DNA from: Octopus vulgaris
Lineage: Eukaryota
Reading direction: 5' to 3'
DNA: 64,000 nt
NCBI GenBank assembly: GCA_951406725.2
Contig: OX597815.1
Location: 45,012,001-45,076,000, forward strand
The position numbers and the translations under genes were made by a program. The notes below the pieces were generated by a model. That model was not told the DNA's origin. It saw nothing but the letters and a program-made list of their open reading frames with translations, and ran no database searches. Below are positions 1-14,494 of the stretch, one piece after another (positions within the stretch are counted from its first letter, which is position 1; each line of letters opens with the position of its first letter).

Positions 1-705
1 AAAACATTAAAAGTAAAACCGTCTTAGCTTTAAGAAATGTAAAGCATGTAAACCCACAAACTACCAATGACCATTGTAGTTTATAAACCTTTCTGACTTG
101 CAAAATTCTGAGCTTCACGATTTGCTCATGTATTGGCCTCAGTCATGAGGCTTAGGCACTCAGAGCAAGTACTCAAGGGCTCCTCGGATCAAGAGACTCA
201 ATTCCGATATATATGTGTTGTGGCTTGCTGTCGATAAGTACTATACGGCCCAATGCATTTATTTGCCCGGAGGCTTACAATGCTACTAAGATAGCTCTGT
301 TAGCTATATACATATGGCACTCATCTGCCGGTTCGCCCTTACAATGCACTTACGACTATATAACGCACGTTAAATTTAGATAGGAAAACAATGAACAAAT
401 ACTCTAGATTTCACCACGGAAAGAGGGGAGTAATGACGGAAAATGTATTCATATGTAACACAGTCAGAGACAAAATATTAACTGACGAAGTGTATTTCTA
501 ACTGTGCTGATATCTACACCGTTTACTTGGATGAGCCCTATCTGTTGTAAAAAGGTAAGCTTGATGATGGTTTAGAGAACTTTACTGTTCTAAATATATT
601 GCAAAGAACTCAAACAAAATTAGGAAAAACCACCATAAAAAGTTGTATTTCAATAGATGGAAAAAAAGTCAACGTAGAAAATGCTAAAATAATTTTATAA
701 AAGAC

Positions 706-750
706 ACTTCAGTACCGGTTTCAGTCATTGAGACTTTTACAACTGTAAGT
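706..750 (-). ncRNA. Minimal type I hammerhead-like motif (PLE-type, U3-A8 variant, degenerate at A6)
   Basis: Minus strand reads ACTT(A)CAG-TTGTAAA-AGTC tcaat GACT-GAAA-CCGG-TA-CTGAAGT. Stems I and II pair and loop III is the palindrome CCGG. Confidence 0.55.
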
Positions 751-1007
751 ATGGAAAACAATTAAATTTTGGAAAAATTAAATGTAAAGTTTTTTAAAAG
801 AATATTTGCACAGTATTCAAATACAAGGGGCATTTTCCTTGTTCCTGCCTATCTCTGTCTCTCATGTTTACTCTTGTGGGTTCGAGGTCGTTGTGAATTC
901 TTGGCGGAGAAGATATGTGTGTGTGTGTGTGTATGTTGTATGTATGTATGTATGTATGCATGTATGTATGTATGCATGTATGTGCGTGAGTATGTGCATG
1001 TATATAT

Positions 1008-1080
1008 TCTTTTATTCTTTTGCACTTTTCAGTCATTTCACTGTGGCCATGCTGAAGCACCCCCTTAGTCGAAATTGACC

Positions 1081-1146
<66 letters not shown>

Positions 1147-1297
1147 ACGGGCTTCTTTCAGTTTCCGTCTACCAAATCCACTCACAAGGCTTTCGTCGGC
1201 CCGAGGATACAGTGGAAGATATCCCCCAAGGTGCCACGCTGTAGAACAGAGCCCGGAACTATGTGGTTGGGAAGCAAGCTTCTTACCACACAGTCGC
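1008..1297 (-). mobile_element. tRNA-derived SINE family 1, partial, split by microsatellite
   Basis: Reverse complement matches the head (tgtgtggtaagaagcttgcttcccaaccac) and tail (cagcatggccacagt..tgactgaa) of the full copy at 37624. Confidence 0.75.
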
Positions 1298-1889
1298 GTA
1301 TGTATTATTTTTTAAAATTCCCACTTGTAATTCTAAAAGAACAATTTTACATTAATCTGAAGGATGACGCCATACTTTTGCAGAATACAAATTTATTACT
1401 CTTTAACAAGAATATTGACTGCGACTTCACACACACACACACACACACACACAAATAAATGAAAGAGGGGTGTTATTGGAACAAGTGGAGTCGATATAGA
1501 AAGAGTCATATTAGTTGTAGAGATTATAAATGATAACAACCCGTCTACAAAAAACAAAATACTATGCGAAAGATAGAGGAGATAGTGGAAAGAAGATATG
1601 GAGATAAAATATAGTCGAAAGGAAAGAGAGAAAGTGTATAGAAGAGGGAGACAGTGGGAGGAAAAGAGAAAAGGAGGGAGAAGAAATATATGCTGTTTTG
1701 TTTTTCTTTATTATCAGTGACAGTGTAAATATGTATATGAAAGAGAATGAGAGAGAGAGAGAGAGACTAAGAGAGAAGGGAAGAAGGATAAAAAGAATAA
1801 AAGCGGTGAATGTTTTTGTCAGCGATAGAGTAGGAGAGAATGAGAAAGGGTTAAAGAGAATTATTTATATAGTGTGAGTGTGATGTCTA

Positions 1890-1944
<55 letters not shown>

Positions 1945-2315
1945 ATATACACACACATATATATATATATACACATATATATTAAATATATATATATATA
2001 TGCGTGTGTATGTGTATGCATACATATAGATATGGCTAGAGATATATAGATACACGCATGTACAACTGTGCATATTTACAAATACATGTGATTTTATGTG
2101 TGTGTATTGTGCACATATACATCTGTATATATATATGCACACACACGCGAACACTCATGCACCCACAAACACTTACATACACGTACACATTCACGCACGT
2201 GTTTGCATGCATGCATATGCATATCTCTCGTTTTCTCTAGCCCTCTCTCGATCTCTTTCTCTCTCTGTCTGTCTGTCTGTCTCTCTACCTCTCTCTACCT
2301 CTCTCTCCCCCTCTC

Positions 2316-2348
<33 letters not shown>

Positions 2349-2399
2349 AAACAAGAAAAGCAAACAGGCTAGCTAACTGTCGCCCCGCCAAATCCTTCA

Positions 2400-3323
2400 C
2401 CACTTCGACGACACCCGCGTCACCCCCCCCCCCACCGCCAGCCTAACCCCCACCCCCACCTCTCCCACACTTCAACTTCCATTACCACCACCACCACCAC
2501 CACAACCACCACCACAACCACCACAACCACCAGCACCACCTCCATCACCACCAACAACACTACCGACATCGACATCTACCAGTCCCCTGCCCTAATAGTG
2601 TATGCACTGACGAGTGTTATAAGCAGGTTCTCTCTCCATGGCGCACAACCTCGCCGTTCCCCGCCTCGCCCCGTTCTTTCCTCAACGATCTCCTCACCAG
2701 CGCACATACATACATACATACATGCATACATACATACATACATGCATACATACATACATACACAGGTTGGCTCAATTGCCGCATTTCCTCATCACGCCAC
2801 CGGACACTCCACCAATCCTGACGCGCCTTATCACAGATTTATTTATTTATTTATTTATTTATTCGTTTATTTTATTTTCTTGTTGTTTTTTTTTAATTTA
2901 TTTTTATGGCTTTGCTGCTCCCACCGTTCTTCCCCCCACCCCCACCCAACTATCACTACCAGCTCCACCACCGTCACCACTTTCACCACCTTCACCATCA
3001 CCATCACCACTGCCACCAGCACTACCATCACCACCATCCCCACCATCACCACCAACACCGCCGCCACTACCACCACCACCGTAACTACCCCGCCGTCGCC
3101 GCTGCTGCTGTTACTAGTACTACAACTATCTCTGTAACTACAACTACTACTACTACTATGACTACAACTACTACTACTACTATGACTACAACTACTACTA
3201 CTACTACAACTACTACTACTATAACTACTACTACTATAACTACTACTACTATGACTACTACTATAACTACTACTACTACGACAACTACTACTACTACTAC
3301 TACTATAACTACTACTACCACTA

Positions 3324-3354
<31 letters not shown>

Positions 3355-3357
3355 CAA

Positions 3358-3390
<33 letters not shown>

Positions 3391-3420
3391 CACTGATGCT
3401 GCTGCTGCCGTTCTTTTGAT
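2400..3420. repeat. Low-complexity block with (CCA)n, (CATA)n and a long (ACT)n microsatellite at ~3120-3392
   Basis: Direct reading. It generates the spurious poly-His, poly-Thr and poly-Val ORFs. Confidence 0.9.
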
Positions 3421-4083
3421 ATTGATTTTGTTGTTGGTGTTAACTGTTGCTGTTAGCGTATGTATGAGGGGGGGGCAAAGCTGAAGTCGTTGAAGTTTTC
3501 CAATTTCTCATTTTTTTATTGTGTGTGTGTGTGTGTATGTTGGTTTATTCTGCCTTTCTTAAAACTTCTTAACCCCCACCCACAAACCCTCCACACAGTA
3601 CCCACCCCCACCCTCATCATTCTCCTTTTTTGCTTATCACCCTTTTCTCTTTTTTCTTTTGTATCAATTTCTTTCTCTCTTGCCCCCCCCCTCTCTCTCT
3701 CTATCTCTCTATCTCTATATCTCTCTCTCTTTCGCTCCTCTGTCAAGTTTATTCTTCTTCATCTCTTCTATTCTAATTTATACCCCTTACCCACAAATCC
3801 TCCACGTATGCGCGACTACCACCATCAGTCGCCAACCTTAACCGTCAAAACCACTTCCATCATCATCATCACCACCATCATTCTTGTCATCATTATCAGC
3901 ATCGTCATCATCACTACTACTATCACCATTATACCATCACTACTACTTTCGACGTCACAGCATATGACCTTCCTACCCCAACTACCTCCATCCAGATTTG
4001 TCAACGGCATCGTAACCTGTAGCTTTAAACGCCATATAAATACATATACCAATGTGTGAGTGATGTATACTATATATGTATAT

Positions 4084-4136
<53 letters not shown>

Positions 4137-4340
4137 GACGCACACATACACGCGTGCGCACAAACTCACAGATATTCACACACATACATATACAGCTTTA
4201 CAGTTGCGTGTTTCTGTAGTTGCCCATGTCTGAACTTGTGTAACTGTACGAAATTTGCTGCCAGACTGCAAATGATTGGTTAATATGTATGATGCATGTG
4301 TATATTCACGTGCACGCACTGTCTCTCTCACACGCATACG

Positions 4341-4376
<36 letters not shown>

Positions 4377-4807
4377 CCATAGACAGGATGGAGGGACATA
4401 TATAGTTGTATTATCCGTGTATGGTGACAGAAACAAATGCAAGCACATACACATATGATACAATATATTTGCAGCATGCAGCCATATATCTACACAACTA
4501 ATTGCTACATCTGAGCATGCATGCACATATACATATATATATATATACATGCTCGCACACAAACACACTTACATATGCAAGTATCATACATCGGCACTTA
4601 GTTCAATATATCCTAACTGTGCTACCCAAAAATATTGCACATGCACACACATATGCGTGTCCACTTACAACCCACACATAAGTGTATATACAGGCATACC
4701 TCAGCTTAAGTCGTTTCGATTTAAGTTGTTCTCGATTATACGGCGATTTTCAAAAATAGTATATGGAAAAATAAAAATCAAGTCATTTTACTCGACTTTT
4801 ACGTCTG

Positions 4808-5593
4808 GGATCTTTTCAGTTTGAACGGCAGTTTTTTAAAATAATTTCTATGTAATTAAACACTTTTAAACTTCGTATACTGGTAGAATGTGTTTATAAA
4901 ACATCTTTTTCTCTTGGCTTTCTTGAGAAAATTCTGTAGCTTGTAAGATATTTGTAAGATATTTTCTTCAATTTTGGTAATTTCAACCAGTCAATGACGT
5001 CTATTGAGGTGAAAATATTATCTGCCGTTAAATTTTCTGGCGGTGAAATATGAAAATGCCCCTCGTTTAAGAAACAGATTGGGTTTATTTACATTTCTGA
5101 AAAAAAAAAAGATACCCTTCCCCCCACCCTAACCTAAACCCTAACCCTAACCTTAACCCTAATCCTAACTCAACCCCTAACCCTAACTCTAATCCTAACC
5201 CTAAAACAGATTGAAATGATCGATACTAGGGTCATAATTATGGGTGGACACGAAAGAGGGAACGGTTTTGTTATCCAGCTCTATCTACGAGTGACCCCTC
5301 AGTTTATGGCCACAGGGTATCTTTTTTCTCATAAAAAACAGGGACATTTTCATATGACGCCGCCATAAAATGTTACGGCAGAAATCGTTTTCACCTCAAT
5401 AGACGTCATTGATTGGTTGAAATTGCCGAAATGCAAGAAATTAAAGACCAAATATCTTACAAACTATAGAATTTTCTCAAGAAAGCCAAGAGAAAAAGAT
5501 GTTTTATAAACACATTCTATCAGTATACGAAGTTTAAAATTTTTTAGTTACATAGAAATTATTTTTAAAAATTGCCGTTCAAACCGAAAAGAT
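4808..5593. mobile_element. Long-TIR MITE containing (CCCTAA)n-like repeats, copy 1, nested in the Tigger element
   Basis: Imperfect TIRs of ~230 bp (GGATCTTTTC.GTTTGAACGGCAG...) and CCCTAA-type repeats at ~5125-5203. A highly similar copy lies at 56995-57758. Confidence 0.85.
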
Positions 5594-5939
5594 GTCCGCT
5601 ACAAATATTGGAATCGTAAAATCACTACAAAACCGTTAAGTCACATACCATCATATTACTGTACAATAAATAAGAATAAAAGAATAAAATCATATTAAAA
5701 TACGTACAGTAAATGATACACATACCATAAAGCTGTGTAGCTTAGTGAACGAAATCATGAAATCAGATGTAGTTATCGGTCTTTCGGAGCTCATATTGCA
5801 CTGTAGTTCCAGTATCTACCGTTATGCGTCGTTGTCACTCGTGATTCCCGTGATTATTTTGAATTCAGATTTGTTTAGTCTGTTTATCGGCTACTTTCTC
5901 ATAATCATTCATTTGTGACTCTACCCCTCGCCCCCTGGC

Positions 5940-6600
5940 TCCTATGAAAATTTATAGTGAAATAATTGCTATCTTCAAGCGTTAATATATGAAGCGTACG
6001 CTGCGGCAAGCAATAGCTACAACTGCACTTGATGAATCAATCCATCACACTTCGTTACTTCTGGAAGAGATACGATATCTACAAGACTGTACAGAACACA
6101 GCAGCGGCATGGAATAATGTACAGAACACGGTTATGAACGGTGTATGGAAGAAGCTATGCCCGCAATTCGTGAATGATTTTAAGGAGTTTGATAATGTTG
6201 CTATCAACAAAACGTTGGTGACTACGAGCAAAGAAATGGAAATGGATTTGGAGGAGGATTTATTTGAAAAAGGCAACAATCCCTGATGAACGAGGATTTG
6301 ATAGAGCTTCACAAGCAACAAAATAAAGAAGAAGAGGAAGTCGAACCTGATCCACGTCACTTTACCATAAAGAAAATGCAGCAAGTATTTGCAAATATTG
6401 AAAAAGGTATTTCTATGTTCGAGGATATGGACCCAAATGCACAACGCTTTTCCAAGATTATGGGGGCTTGTCACGAAGCTTTTGCTCCTTATAATGTTAG
6501 CCTTGAGGAAAAAGAGACAGTTCAAGTAACTCTCAATCGGTTTTTTTTAAGCGCATCGAACAACAAGAACAGCCAGAGTTGGATGTTCATGCTGACGACC
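5940..6600 (+). pseudogene. Tigger-type DDE transposase C-terminal remnant
   Basis: TLRYFWKRYDI..AAAWNNV..MNGVWKKLCPQFVNDF resembles the Tigger/CENP-B DDE_1 C-terminus. Stops and frameshifts are present. Confidence 0.8.
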
Positions 6601-7030
6601 TATAGCCTTCTACATCCGCAACGTAAACCACCAAATTGTATGTAGGTATTGGTAAATTTTAAATAATTTAAAATTTTTTTTTACTATTGCAAGATAATAA
6701 TAATTATTGAATTTGTCTTTTAAGCTTTAAAAAGACATTTATTTTACCATATCTTACTGCAAACCGCATTCATAAATAAAACGTCCGCTACGTACGGTAG
6801 ACCGCCAAATTGTATTCGTAAATTTAGATTACATTTTTTTTTTACTTTACTGTATTAACAAATAAAAATTATTTGTTTGTAAGCTTAAAATAGGTTTTTA
6901 TTAAACATGTATTATTGAAAATGCATTCATAAAGTACAAAACTGGCAATGGTTATTATCGGTTTTGCTTCGAAACAAGAAAATGAACCAATTAACGACGT
7001 AGGGTGAGGTATGTCTGTATGTATATATGC

Positions 7031-7094
<64 letters not shown>

Positions 7095-7107
7095 TTACAT
7101 ATATATA

Positions 7108-7375
7108 TAAAATACAAAATGGGACAAGAACGCAAAACATCCGGACAACTAGGTGATACAAAAAGGGACAACAAAGCATCCAGATAGACGATACAAAAAA
7201 CAAGGACGGGTCATTCGAAGTCTTTTATCCTCAGTCAAGAACCAGATCATCCTCGCAATTTCGGCTGATTAATCTTGAGATTGCTCCAATCTGGCCAACC
7301 CCGAGGAAAAACCAAACCAAGAGCATTAGATTCCTTGGGAAAAAAAGCATCGAATGTATACGAAAACAAGGACAG
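7108..7375 (-). mobile_element. Non-autonomous repeat family A inserted at (TA)n (PLE-like tail suspected)
   Basis: Reverse complement of 14970-15243. Related fragments at 14388-14463 and 27525-27648 all abut (TA)n. Confidence 0.65.
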
Positions 7376-7763
7376 AGGCGGTGCTCTAGCATAGCCTCAG
7401 TGAAATATATATATATATTCTTTCATTCTTTTACTTGCTCAGTATCAGGTCGTGTATAAGTCTTGAAAAAATTACAAAAATCGATTCCAGGTGAGAATGC
7501 GATCGATAAAGCCGTGGGAACGTGCATTTGTAAAATCGTTTTTCTTGGAAGAGAAAAAAGTCTATCTTTATTTCTTCTTTTTCTGGTGTCTCAAATTTAG
7601 ATTAAATCAGTGTTTCTCAAAGGGAGGCCTATGGGACGGGCGGACAAGTTTCGAGAAAATTTCGTTTAAATGTTTGACAACTCAGTACCGTCTATTGGAC
7701 GGGGGTGGTTTGCTCGTATATATATATGGGTGTGTATATATATGATATATATATGTATGTATG

Positions 7764-7864
<101 letters not shown>

Positions 7865-7923
7865 TTAGAGACAAAACCACTATCATGCAATGGATTTATT
7901 CCCTAATATTTATTATTATTATA

Positions 7924-7959
<36 letters not shown>

Positions 7960-7974
7960 TGTATGTATGTATGT

Positions 7975-9105
7975 ATAATTAAATCATTTCATGATGGGAT
8001 GGAGGCTTGGGTCAATGTTGGTGGTGGCATGGCGGGACCCATTGCTGTAGAAAATGGTGTCGAGCAGGGTGACGCTGCTTTTACTCATATTTTTGCTAAG
8101 GTTAGCTCTCTGGGAATATGTGTGAGGTATCGATCTTCTGGCTGCCTCTTTAACCTGCGCCGATCTGCTGCCAATTCAAAAGTTTTCCAGGCTCTTATTC
8201 GTGACCTTCTATATGCAGATGACATGCAAATACTTATGAACTGTATTTCTGATTCTTGCAAGGCATTTGAACTCAGCATTAAACTCGACAAGACCACTGT
8301 AATGTTCCAGCCTGCACCAGGAAATCCATACGTGGAACCAGCTATCTTGGTTGAAGGAACAATACTGAAAGTAGTAAAGTTTGTCAACCTGGGCAGCACA
8401 CTCAGCCGTTCATACTCCCTGGATGATGAAATATCTTTCAGGCTGCAGCAGGCAACTGATTCCATCCGGTCACTTGAGTCTCGTGTCTGGTCCCAGCATG
8501 GCATCAAAGGCAAACACAAATTGCTGTGCGCTGTGCATTTGTTCTGACATCGCTACTTTACACACGTTAGACATGGACCCTTTACAAACGTCGTGTAAAG
8601 GTCCTGGAACGCTTTCATCAACGATGTCTGAGATACATTATGAATGTTGGCTGGACCTTTAAAACTCCAGACACAGAGGTCCTGAAGAAGGCTGATATTT
8701 TGAGCATTGAGATGATGGTGCACAAGCACCGGTTACGTAGTACTGGACACCTCAGTGATAGCAGGGTCCCTAAAACAGATGTTATAGAAGGAACTTGTTA
8801 GTGGAAAAAGATCCTGGCAGAAACCAAGGCTGCGATTTAAGGAATGAGTCAAGTCCTCCTTAAAGGCCTTTGATATGCAGGAGACCGACTGGGAGAGCAA
8901 TGCCTGTTATCACCACAGATGAAGGAAGTAAGTTAAGGAGTAGGTCGACACCTTTGAAAGAGTACGTATTCTGCATGAAGAATTTAATCGTGCTACTCGA
9001 AAGTGCACTGCTAGCATAGTGAATGGGGAAAGCTTGATTTGCAATGTTTGCAGTCGTGTATGCTTGTCAAGAGCATGGCTCATTAGACACCAACAGAGCC
9101 GTAAT
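7975..9105 (+). pseudogene. RTE-clade LINE reverse transcriptase remnant, 5'-truncated and degenerate
   Basis: GVEQGD, LLYADD, KFVNLGSTLS and a downstream C-terminal CxxC..H motif, with frameshifts and stops. Confidence 0.9.
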
Positions 9106-9179
9106 TGCAAGATATAAGTTAGTTCTAGAGCGCTCACTAATCCTAAAGGTCAGCAATGATCTTCCTCGGTCATATTTTG

Positions 9180-9226
<47 letters not shown>

Positions 9227-9394
9227 ATAATAGTTCACAAATTTCCCCATTTGTCTATGATGACCTAACATCCCATATTCTGAGATATCCCAGAAACAGC
9301 TGTTAGATTTTGAATCTTTTTTTCCAGAAATACTAATGTAAATGACTTCAGAGGTTTGCATTGCTTTAACATTTGGTGTCCTCTTTAACAATTA

Positions 9395-10303
9395 TCTACT
9401 ACATATACGGGAAATTCTGTCAGTGGGTGTGTTTGTGGAGTTGTTAGCAAACTCCTCTTACATAGTTTTACCGATTTTGATGAAACTTGACACGTGAGTA
9501 AAACTCATGTATGGAAACCTCATGGCATACTCAGATTGTTGAAAAAAATCGATAATAGGGATCCTGGAAGAAATCCCTATATAATATGTCTAATACATTT
9601 TATTTTAAAAGCCAAGGGAAATAACCCATTCGCCCTTGGAAGGGATCCTTATATACAGCCAGAGGAAACAACCCATTCATTTTCCTAAATTATTTGGTAA
9701 AAATGAAATTGAGTATGCTTATTTCCTAGTATTTAAACTGTTAGAGTTATTTTCGCAATTTATCCAGTACAATCCTTAAACAAGTAAATAGTTTTTTCCT
9801 AAACGACAGATCCACTTATTTCGGTTAGTGACTTATTTACGAATACACTAACACTAGCGCCGCTAAGGGTAAAATTCTCAGGGAACGCACAAAAGCCCTT
9901 TTTAGAGTTATGTATTTTGAATTGTTATTATTTCATATTACATAACATGCTTCACGATTTTAGTATACATACCTAATTAGTATTTCCTGTTGTGTTCTAT
10001 ATACTCTGGGAATGCATTAAAGCCCTTTTCGGGGCTACTTTATTTGAATTCTTACAATCGAGTAACTAATTTCATATTATTACATAACTGACTTCACAAT
10101 TCGGGTATTCATAACTTATTGGAAATTCCTAAAAACAAGATCTTGTGTAAGACAGTTCGGTATTCTCTGTAAATGCTCAAAAACCATTTTAAGGCCTACA
10201 TACTTTTTATTGTTGTTTTTGGATTAGCGAAACAATTATGAGAACGGAACCAAGGGATAAGCCCCCCCCCCCTTTCCCGGGAATTACCGGGTACGTCAGT
10301 TAG
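9395..10303 (+). mobile_element. Non-autonomous Helitron-like element
   Basis: 5' A|TCTACTACATATA, 3' hairpin cccgg..ccggg followed by TTAG|T, and degenerate internal repeats. Confidence 0.55.
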
Positions 10304-10387
10304 TATGTGTGGGGAGGGGGGGTGAGCGCATGTGTGTACAAACACACACATATATACATGCATACATACACACATATATATATATAT

Positions 10388-10559
10388 ACGCAGGAGCGGC
10401 TGCGTGGTAAGTAGCTTGCTAACTAACCCATGGTTCTGAGTTCTGTCCCGCTGCGTGGTACCTTGGGCAAGTGTCTTCTACTATAGCCTTAGACCGACCA
10501 AAGCCTTGCGAGTGGATTTGGTAGACGGAAACTGAAAGAAGCACGTCATATGTATATAT

Positions 10560-10617
<58 letters not shown>

Positions 10618-10660
10618 ACGTGTGCGTGTGTTTATGTCTGTGTTTGTCACCCCACCATCG
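10388..10660 (+). mobile_element. SINE family 1, partial
   Basis: Head gcaggagcggctgcgtggtaagtagcttgc and core accttgggcaagtgtcttctac match 37624. Confidence 0.8.
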
Positions 10661-11282
10661 GTAAAAGTCATAAAAATCCCACTAATTAATACTAATTATA
10701 GTAGAGATATATATTTGCATGAATAGTAATATATATGATGATCCTCTTAAGACAACAATATATAGTGTTCTCGTCTTAAGAGGATCCTTATAACACAACT
10801 TCACTTCGTAAAACTGTCCCCCTCCAGAACATACACTATAGGAATATATTTACAAAAATAGTTTAGATATATATTTGCATGAATATAGATATATATATGT
10901 GTGTTTGAACGTAAAAATTTACGCATGAATTTCACAAACGTGTTTTTTTTTTTAATATAGATATTCGTACAGGCATATAAATCCATATACCTCTTACAAC
11001 ACAAACACAGAGAGAGAGCGAGAGAGAGAGAGAGACAAACAGAAGGAGAAAGAGGGGAATACAGATAGAGAGTGATGCAGATGGAAAAAGAAGGAGAGAG
11101 AGATACTGAGAGACACGGAACAAGCCTGATATAAATACATACGGATGTACGAATACTTCATATAACGTTTGTAGGAGAAACAGGAAGAGGAAGGAATGAG
11201 TATCCTTGTCCTTAAAGTGGTTAAGCCGTTAAGGGAGGAAATAGAGGAAAATGTTGAGTCTGGAACACATATAGCGTGGCAG

Positions 11283-11342
<60 letters not shown>

Positions 11343-12346
11343 CGTGCGTATGTGTGTGTATGTGTTCGCGCGCAGATCTGTGTGTGTGAAACATACATAC
11401 ACTGTAATATTGATATGTTTACATATATATGCATATATATATATAAATATGTATATGTATAGCCACCATAATTTAGGGTATCTACGACATACCGCCACGC
11501 TGGAAATAGCAGCCAAAATCTGACTCTAAAACCACATTAAATGTTCATACAGCACAAGGAGAGAAGACAAAAAAACAAAATAAACTAGCAAAAAATTATT
11601 GGATAATTCCAGATCCCGGATTTCCGACTTTGCATAAGAAATGCTTTGACTCTTCAGTATACATATATATAATATACATATAAACGCACATACATACGTG
11701 TGTACAAATGTGATTGTGCTTACTTCTTACGCACATGCACTATTGTATAGACACACGTAGTTACAGACATACATAAATATAAAATAAGCGACCTTAAGTG
11801 CGTGCGCGCGTGTCTGTGTATATGTGTGTGTGTGCATGCGCCGTGCGCGGAGCTGAGTCTCTACGTGGGTATGCATGCATGGACATGTAAATATGTAGAG
11901 AGCGGGAGGGGGAAAGAAGGGAGAAAGGTTTTGAGAGCGAAAAAATGTGGAACGAGGGGAGTGTTGTGTTTCGCTGATAGCAAAAACCCTCTGTCAGCCG
12001 TGTGCTTGTTTCAAATACAAATTCTATCGGTCTCTGTATTCGTTCATAAGGCGGAAAAGAGTGGTTGTATCTGAGGTGTCATCTTACTATCCAAGGTCTT
12101 GTAGACAGGAGGCGAGGAGAGCCAAGTAGTCTGAGGTATGATGATCGTTATAGAAACAATATGAAGATAGTACACAGCCACCCTATTTTTTACTCTCTCT
12201 CTTTTTCTCTCTTTCTCTTCCCCTTCACATACCGGCAAGATAGACGCACAGACACACACATACCCATGCACATACACAAAAGAGATAAAAACAATAGTAC
12301 TCGCACGTATACGCTGACATGTTATGATTTAGATAGAGATATAGAC

Positions 12347-12481
<135 letters not shown>

Positions 12482-12499
12482 TATGGTTCCTTATATCAT

Positions 12500-13232
12500 T
12501 GTTGTTGTTGTAATTCAATGGCTAAGTCCTGGTACTTTGCTATTTTTACTATACTTCTCATATTGATTTTTTTCATCATTTGAGACTGTAAAGTCATTTA
12601 TCTGGCACTTTCTATTCTCTTTATCTACTACTACTAAATCAGGCTTTCTATCTTCTATCACTCTGTCAATCTAAAATCCCACATCTTGTATTTCTTACTT
12701 TCTGGTACTTTACTAGGTTCATGTTCATACCATTTATTAGTATGTTCAAATCCTAGTTTTCTACATAACTCCGAAGGTTGTCATGTCTTTTCTTGTATTT
12801 TTTTTTGTGCCAGCATGTTACATTCACTTACAATATCAGTAACGCTTTCCTCTTCTGATTTGCATAACCTACTTTGGGAATCTACTTGGTTTTCGTCTAT
12901 TTTGGCTTTTATATAATTAGTCCTTAATGCTTGATCTTGTTCCGTTACTAACAAGCTTTCTATTTCCGTTTTCAGCTTTCCTTTCTGCAACCATAGCCAT
13001 GTCTCACTACTACTATTTGCTTCAACTATCTTTGGGAATCTACCTTCTGCCAGTCAGATGATTTCTGCTCTTTTTTCTGGTTTTTAACTTCTTTTGAGAT
13101 TTGGTTTTTCCTATGTCTTGCTGTGACTGTAGCAGCTTTTAATAAGCTTTTGCCACTATTACCTACATAGGAGTCTATATCTACTCTAGCTAACTCCACG
13201 CAGTCTTCTACTGATATCAGCCCTCTTCCGCA
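12500..13232 (-). pseudogene. R4/Dong-like (RLE-type) non-LTR retrotransposon 3' remnant
   Basis: GRGLISVEDCV, TEIESLLVTEQDQALRTNYIKAKID..SRLCK..IVSECNMLAQK and KYQDLAIEL motifs. Confidence 0.75.
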
Positions 13233-14044
13233 CGAGTCAGCGTTCAATGTCATAAATTCGTGTACATTCGTATTCAATATGTTCGAATATACTAGGACGT
13301 GAGAACACCCTCCACTGCAGAATTAGTCCCTGGAGAAATTCTCTTGTTTGAAACACAATATTGGCGGTGAATTATGTTATTAGATTGTGGGATGTATGCA
13401 TTTCAGTATCGTTTCTCTACGTCAACTGCGAAAACTAAATCTGTCACTCTGCCTCTAGATGATGTACCCTAATTACCAAATGGCAGTTTTGACCAGGTCC
13501 ACTTGAGAAGGGAGCGGTTCAAGATTTTTTCCAAAACTGACATGGCATTAAGTAAAAGAACAAACATGTTGATGAAGGATATTGAACTAGAAACATATGT
13601 CCATGACTCTTCATCAGCAGACAATTAGCTTGGCATTTATGAGGATTCTTGGATCCTCAGATTATCTCTCTTTCTCAAGTGAAGCTGGTCCTAATCTCCA
13701 TTTGGCAACTATGTAGGCTATATTAGGCAAAGATGGAGATAATTCTAATAAATTGTGTAGTATTTAACGAAACAGTATTTGTCTATGTTATTCAAATACA
13801 TGCCACAGTTATCTCTCTTAGCTCATTATTGTTTAAATTAACTAGGGCACAAATGTTTCCTCCTCTGTTTTGTATAAGTCTAAATCTTCTAACTACTGAA
13901 AATGAAGTCGGAAATGGCATGTCATTTATGGAGATTTATTGAATCTTGAGATCAACCCCCATTCTCAAATGGCGGCGCTCAAAATTGCCATTTGGTACTT
14001 GGGATGCGTCCTCTAGAGGCGGAGATAATTTTAATTACTCAAGA

Positions 14045-14164
<120 letters not shown>

Positions 14165-14300
14165 ATTTTCTCTTATTCCTTTCTGTTGAAGAGCGTAGAG
14201 TCCAAACGTAAAAGACTTTTTCATTTTCCCAAGCGTCAATCTAATACACTTGCTAGCTATTCATACACTTGTCTTCGTCTTTCGTTTCTCTATAAATTTC

Positions 14301-14385
<85 letters not shown>

Positions 14386-14387
14386 TA

Positions 14388-14460
14388 TGGATGTTTTGTT
14401 GTCCCCTTTTGTATCACCTAGTTGTCCGGGTGTTTTGCGTTCTTGTCCCATTTTGTATTT

Positions 14461-14494
<34 letters not shown>

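Larger units (their letters stand above)
4691..7017 (+). mobile_element. Tigger/pogo-like DNA transposon, internally deleted, with a nested MITE
   Basis: TIRs CAGGCATACCTCA (4691) and TGAGGTATGTCTG (ends 7017), TA on both sides, transposase remnant inside. Confidence 0.85.

Noticed and set aside
2598-3484. Long His/Thr/Pro-rich ORFs (mucin- or homeobox-like low complexity)
   Set aside because: They are translations of (CCA)n and (ACT)n microsatellites open in several frames, with no domain signature.
5125-5203. True telomere or chromosome-fusion scar
   Set aside because: The tract is short, degenerate and internal to a MITE present twice.
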